This document shows, piece by piece, positions 58,236-64,000 of a stretch of DNA of 64,000 nt. The position numbers were made by a program, and so were the translations under genes. The notes under the pieces are model-generated. The model was not told the DNA's origin, did no database searches, and saw only the letters and a list, made by a program, of their open reading frames with translations. Origin of the DNA: Amoebophrya sp. A120. Lineage: Eukaryota; Protista; Dinoflagellata. Location: contig CAJINV010000001.1 in the NCBI GenBank assembly GCA_905178155.1, positions 12,383,832 through 12,447,831 on the forward strand, in the 5' to 3' direction. Numbering within the stretch: position 1 is the first letter of the stretch; each line of letters begins with the position of its first letter.

Positions 58236-59307
58236 TTCGTCTTTTTGGGTGGAAACAATGTTGCTATCACGGTGAAACTATAAACGTAAAGCTACAACCG
58301 TACGTAGTGGTGCTTAAAGTTATGTCGCCAAAGTATTCCGAGTGTATTTCAAAGTCTGCTTTTGTCAAAGATTTTTGGAAAACAGAAAAGTTTGTTTGGG
58401 GAGTGAGAGAAAATCTTGTTCTGGGATCATCAGAAACCAAACCTCAAATCGAGTAGATAAAGAGCTCTTAGGTGCAAAGACAGGAGGCGTCAAATATGTT
58501 TTTTGCCTCTTCAATTTGGTTACGGTTGTACGTTTTCGATCCATTCAGGTTCACCATCTAGCTAATAAGTATAGTATCATCTTGCCAGGATCCTTGTACA
58601 ACGTGGCCTTTGCAGTTCACGGGAAGCGAGCAGTGCATCTGTCGGGATCTAGCTCTAGGATCGATCGGTCTCAGTGCGATAAAAAGAGCAGAATCACAGA
58701 ACGTTTCTTTTTGATAATGGAGCCCTTCACAGGAGCAGGACCGCAGTTTGTTCTATGCATAAACACATACACAGCGCATCTGTTGGATGGAGTGCCTACG
58801 ATAGAAATGGAACATCAATTCTGTTTTCATAGCCAAATTGATATTTGTTTGCTTTTCTTTCTTGACCGCATGCGGTCAGCGCATTTTTCTTACTTGCGTA
58901 CTCGAGCACTCAAAAAAGTCGTTCCATGGGGAAAAGAAAAAAAGTACCCTCCGCTATGAAGCGTTGCGAGTGATAGCGTGAAGATGATGTTCTATCGCGA
59001 CATATGTATCATACAAGTGTGCTGCTACTAAGTAGGGACTATTCTGTGTCATCTGCTGGCCAATGAATCTTACAAGTCGCCGGTGCTAGCATCAAGAAGA
59101 AAATTGTACATGTCGAGTCGTCGGAGGTCGAGGGATACTTGCGCACAATTTCCAAAAAAAAGGACTCGTTTCGATTTTGCATGTCGAAAGTGACTTGTGG
59201 CCCCTGTAGTAAGTCCGTCTGGTAGTTTTCATAATAATTTTTGTTGCACCAGAAAGCAATTACGAAAAGGGAAAAGCACGCCATATACGACTTTTGGTGC
59301 TTGTTTC

Positions 59308-61720
59308 TCACACAGCAGATGGCGGCGAAACCGGCTTCGGTCTCCTACCGTCGAAGCTGTTCACTGCACCTGAAAAGCGCGAGGCTGGCGTTTGCTCCTG
59401 CAGCGTGTCTTTTCCGCTTTCTTCACTTCCTCTGATAGCCTTTTGTTCAGCTTTTTCGTCCGCATCTGTGCCTGCCCCTATCCGCTTCCGTGCGGACGAG
59501 CGAAGTTCTCGTGTCGAACTTCTTGTTCCACCTGTGCCGTCGAGTTGTTCTACATATCCCACCTCCGGTACGGAATTCTGGGTGTCTCGAGGACCTGTTG
59601 CACTACAACTTCTACCGTACACTAGCTGTCCCGTGCTGGATGCAGTCGTGCTGTTGCTGTGTCTACTTGTTGCATCAAAACTCTCTCGTCCCTTCTCTGC
59701 GTCGTAAACGGAACTGTCAAAGCCGTACAGGGCCTCGTACTCGGCTTTCTCCTTTTCGTACTCCGCGAGCTCCAGACGGTATTGCTCATACTCATCCAAC
59801 TCCTCGGCGTACCGCCGCATGCTCTCCATGCGGTACGCGAGGTGGTAGTCGTCCTCCTCCTTCGGGACAAACCCCGGGGCGCGCTTCACCTGCTCCCAAT
59901 TGACTCTGTCGACCACGGTGGGCAGAATCGCCAGCACGAACAAAAACCAGCACTGCTGCAGGAGTAAAACCACCCACTCGGCGAAGTTCGCGGAACGGAC
60001 CGCATCCTGGTCGGGCAGATTGCTCTTCGCCCAGTGGCCGATCAAGTAGAGCAACTGGAGAAAGCTGACGAAGCACGCGCCGCTGGAGAGCAAGTAGAGT
60101 GTCCGGCGGGTGGGTAAGTCCGTCAAAAATTCCTGCAACGTGTCCACGAGCAGAACGAGCGAATGTAACAGTTGGTACAGGAAAACCGCGGCGAACGCGA
60201 CCTTCTTAAAGGCGTCTGCCACGTAGAAGGAGACGCCGGGGTCGTCTTCGTACAGTTTGGTCGAGCTGTTGTCCGGAATCACCACGTAGACAAAGCTCAA
60301 AACCAAGGCCACGGTGCTCAGAGAGGCGGAAAACACGTTCCACGGCTGTTCTCGCCCTTTGTACTGTGGCACGTGGCGGTAAATCACCCCAATCGTCTCG
60401 AGCAGGAAGCCAAACAGGAAAAGCGCCTTGCCGAAGATGTGGGACCAGGCGGAGGACTCGGCATCCAGGTAGGTAGAAATGGACAGGTCGTACCAGAACG
60501 TCACGTTTCGCACCCTGGTTTGGTTTTTTGGCAGGACTTTGTCGTCCGGAGTGACGTCTTCGAGAATGAGCAGCACCCCGACCAACACGGAGAGGACACC
60601 CAAAATCACCAATCCGGGGGTCCACCACCGCTTCAGCTCCCTCTGCACCTTCACCGGGATGTTGCAGCAACAGGATCGGAGAGTTGTTGGTGTCGCGAGG
60701 GCCGGCCAAGGGGCCAGGAAATCTTGCTCCTTGTAGTACTCTTCGGGAAAATCGATTTTCGGAAGAATTTCCGCTTCCCGGATGTGCTTCCAATCAGCGC
60801 GCGTTTGGGGGTACACGAGCAAGTTCGCGGTGGCCTGCAACTGGAAACTGAGATGATAGTACGTGACATTTGATTGATTCGTTTCCAGAGCAGACTTCAA
60901 TTCTTCCTGGAGGTAAAACAATTCATATTCATTGACAAAGAAAACACCACTTGTACGATACCGGATGTGCAGGCAACAACATGACAAAATGCAGAAGCGT
61001 TCGACTATCCTCTAGATGTAGATGTAAATCCTAATCAATCTATGTATACCTTTTTCCCAGCCTACTCGATTCCTCCCCGAGATTCTTTCCTGCTGTGGCT
61101 TTTTTCTTCGACCCTGCTTCACCTTCCGCAGCGCCATCCTCCATGTTCCCTTCATCCCGCTTCGCTTCGCCGGTAAAGAGCTCGACCAACGCGGGCGCCC
61201 GCTTTTCTAACAGGACGACACGCCGGCCCCCGAGCACGCGCAAGCGCTGCAGCACGTCGTCGCGATAGCTCGGGAAGTGCGCGACCCGGAAGGCGAGCCC
61301 GGTGGCGAAGCCGGCGAACGCCAGCACCACGAACCCGAGCTGCGTAGCGCTCCACCACTGAACCAGCGTGAGCCCCGCGAGAAACCACGCGGTCAACAGG
61401 AGTAAGAAAACGGTTGAAAACGTCAAGTCGATCAGGTACCGGGTCTCTGCCGTGTTCTGCACATGCAGGAAGGAGGCCACGCTCCCGAGAAACATGCCCA
61501 CGCCGGACATCCACCAGCCCAGGTTCAGGTCCCCCCGGTCCTGGCTCGAGGGCGCGTAAATCCCATGGAACATCACGCACAGGGTTTGCACGCCCAGGAG
61601 CGCGAAGGGCACGACGCTGTACAGTGCGAGCAGGAAGAGGCGGCTCCATTGGTGGTCGAGCGGGGGGGCAAGGATGCGGGCGGCCGGCGGCTTGTACAAA
61701 GCGTCGCGAAGCTGCACCAT
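59308..61720 (-). CDS. Multi-pass membrane protein of unknown function (two ORFs, probably one gene; intron near 60900-61050 not resolved)
   Basis: Both ORFs (226 and 559 aa) contain many hydrophobic helices, share a strand and lie 53 nt apart. Confidence 0.6.
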
Positions 61721-61977
61721 GATGATGTGAAGTTGATGCGAAAGATAAAGAAGTGTGCTTATTACAAAATACTGCTCTAGGTGGTGGAGCGAGTAGTCAA
61801 AAAACAGGCTTCATTTATCAAAACTACTTAAACGGCATCTCAAGTTTTTTGACTTTACGATCGCCTGCTCGTGTTTTTTTGGTTCAGGTGCTTTGATTGT
61901 TCCTTACCATCCATTTTTTGCCAAAAAAAAGGAAGGAGATCTTCAATAGGTATCGTGAAAAATGTCAGGTAATGTGT

Positions 61978-62027
61978 GATCTGGTTTTCGTTTGGATCTG
62001 GTTTTCGTTTGGATCTGGTTTTCGTTT
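61978..62027. repeat. Tandem repeat of GATCTGGTTTTCGTTTG, three copies
   Basis: Three consecutive 17-nt units, the last lacking its final G. Confidence 0.9.
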
Positions 62028-62329
62028 CTGCCGTGTTGAAGCGCACGGCTTGTGTTTGATCAAACCAATTTTTTCCTAACGTGTAAAGATCCGCTTTCTC
62101 TTCTTTTGATCCTTTTTGAAATCGCAAAGCAAATTCTGATCGTGTTCGCGTCTAGATAGGAGAACAGAGAACGCGCCGTCTGCTTCTAGACGAGAGTGAG
62201 CTACGTAGCCTCGGCCGGTCGATCAAAGTGGTTGTGCCTACTGCTGATACATAGATAAGTACATGCGTGCGTGGTAAACTTCAGGAGGCTGGTGCCAACA
62301 CTTCTTCACAGTTGGTCGGCAGCTACCTC

Positions 62330-64000
62330 TCATGTCCTTTCAAACTGTGGGCAGTTCCCGCGCGGCTGGAAGTGCGCCGTGACAGGCTTGCACGAAATTT
62401 GCCGGCGACAGTACAAGCAGGAGTGCTGTCTGCAGTAGGGACAGCGCAGGTGGTTGTTCACATGATTGGGGTTGTCAAGCCACCGAACCACCACCACGCG
62501 ACAGACGGCGCACCGCACGCGTTCGTACAAGTTCTGGTCCACGTACTGTGCCCCGTCCTGCAGGGCGCGCTGGAGCCCGGCCTGCCCGAGCCGCGCCACC
62601 TCCTCGTTCCACTGTCGGATCGCGTCCTGGTCGAACAGGACGCAGGATTTTGGGTTGTCGGAGCGAAAGTGGTCGTAGCTGTCAATCACCTATCAAGTGC
62701 AAAAGTGTCTGGGTCTGGAACAGTCATGCTGCTTTTGCATGACACAGAAGGCCTGCCATGGAAGCTCTAGCATCACAGGTTTCGAGAAGCTTCTGCAATG
62801 CCGAATCTGCATGACAAGTGCCCCACTCTGGTGACAGAAAGTGGCCAGCTCGAGCTCTTGCTGCCTGTGCATGAGAGATTTTTATGGGTTGTCAAATGCG
62901 CATCACAAGTTTGCATTCTTCCAAACCCAGACATTTTTGCATTTGATATCACCTTCAGACACTGCCAGCAGAACACCGTGCGGCAGTTCTCGCACTTCAT
63001 CTTGTTGCACCCGGAGATCTTCTGGATCGCGAAGCTGCAGGTCGGGCACTTCCGGCTGGTCTGGTTGATCAGCATCAGGGACTTCGCCTCCGCGACCCGG
63101 TTCTGCGCGGCCTGGCCCTGGTTGCTCAAGATCTGGGCCCGGCTCGGCGCCACCTCACAGAACGCCCGGTCCGGGTGGTAGACGTCGAGGCACTTGGCGC
63201 AGAATTGCAGCCGACACTTCTCGCACTCGCAGTAGTTGTCCTCCTGGATGATGCACGCTACGGTTTCCGGTTTCGGCTTCTGGTCGGCGCACCGGGGACA
63301 GTACGCAATGTCAGTCATTCCGTCCAGGGCCCGGCTCAGCGTCATGGCTTCAAACTTGTCGAGAAGCGCCTGGTTTATTGCAGCCTCGTCGCAGGATGAG
63401 CTTCTACCACTCTCAACAAGAACATCGAAGGTTGACTCAGTTTCAACATCGCCCAACAAAATTTCCCGTACCAGCGTGGTGTCGAAGGGTTCCGCGTTCG
63501 CGTATCAACTGTAAAAGTGTCTGGGTCTGGAAGAATTCATGTTTGTCATGCTTGTCTGGCATGACTCTTAAATCTGTCATGCACGTTACCCAAGAGCTCC
63601 GCTTTTCTGTGATGCAGAAGCGCAGTTTGTCATGCAGAATAGGCAACACTTAGGAGCTCAGAAACTTGTCATGCTGAGCCAGCATTTGTAGCCTGATCAT
63701 GAGACGCCACCCAGCATCACAGGTTTCCACCAGACCCAGACATTTTTACTTTTGATATCGCGGGCGGGCACACCATGCAGCGAATGTGATCCAGCGCCCC
63801 GTCATTTACGTGGACTTTGACCAGATTGACCAGACATGCGCGGCAACAGCGGTGCGCGCAGCTGGGGAGGGAGAAAAAATCCTTTCCCGCCTTGACGGTA
63901 CAGCAGATCGGACACTCTTGAGGCGTCTGCCGATAAACCGCCTGCTTCTTCCGCTCGTCATTTTCCAGCAACTGGAACGCCAGCCCCTGCGGCAGGTCCA
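62330..64000 (-). CDS. RBR (RING-IBR-RING) E3 ubiquitin ligase, RNF14/Ariadne-like; 5' end outside the window; two introners
   Basis: RING1 CPICC...CAHRCCRAC, IBR YCPRC...CEKCRLQFCAKC...H, RING2 CPTC...KISGCNKMKC..C..FCWQC; junctions restore CPPANAEPFDTT and WQCLKVIDSYDHF. Confidence 0.9.
62691..62948. mobile_element. Introner A6 (258 bp)
   Basis: TATCAAGTGCAAAAGTGTCTGGGTCTGGAA ... TTCCAAACCCAGACATTTTTGCATTTGATA; direct repeat TCACC at 62686-62690 and 62949-62953. Confidence 0.93.
63503..63757. mobile_element. Introner A7 (255 bp)
   Basis: TATCAACTGTAAAAGTGTCTGGGTCTGG ... CCAGACCCAGACATTTTTACTTTTGATA; direct repeat TCGCG at 63498-63502 and 63758-63762. Confidence 0.93.

Overview
Eukaryotic protist DNA, gene-dense, with canonical GT-AG introns. 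The gene families and intron type point to a dinoflagellate/syndinean such as Amoebophrya (inference). One large + strand gene (821-10663; CCCH finger, DUF4258-like domain, TRANK1-like UvrD helicase) converges on a block of 14 minus-strand genes. These are two ABCG transporters, a SET protein, a CCR4/nocturnin-like EEP, an RPxSA-repeat protein, a ParB-like protein, an RNAi-type RdRP, a TTLL, a C3H finger protein, an Alba fusion, an RBR E3 ligase and three hypotheticals. The dominant hidden structure is a set of 13 MITE-like non-canonical introns (253-847 bp), all in coding sequence. Each runs TAT...ATA with terminal inverted repeats and is flanked by a 5-bp direct repeat (perfect in 12 of 13). 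Removing the element plus one repeat copy restores the reading frame, and a recognisable protein motif in most cases, without GT-AG. Inverted-repeat introners are already known from Amoebophrya. Details seen here that may be new: one end grammar shared by two TIR families, cores inverted between sister copies while the outer ends stay in place, and a stop-free copy next to the RdRP active site whose decayed repeat constrains the splice register. At the convergent strand switch lies a 1.2-kb AT-rich island with very few purine-C dinucleotides but retained CpG. All gene models were derived by hand, without transcript evidence.
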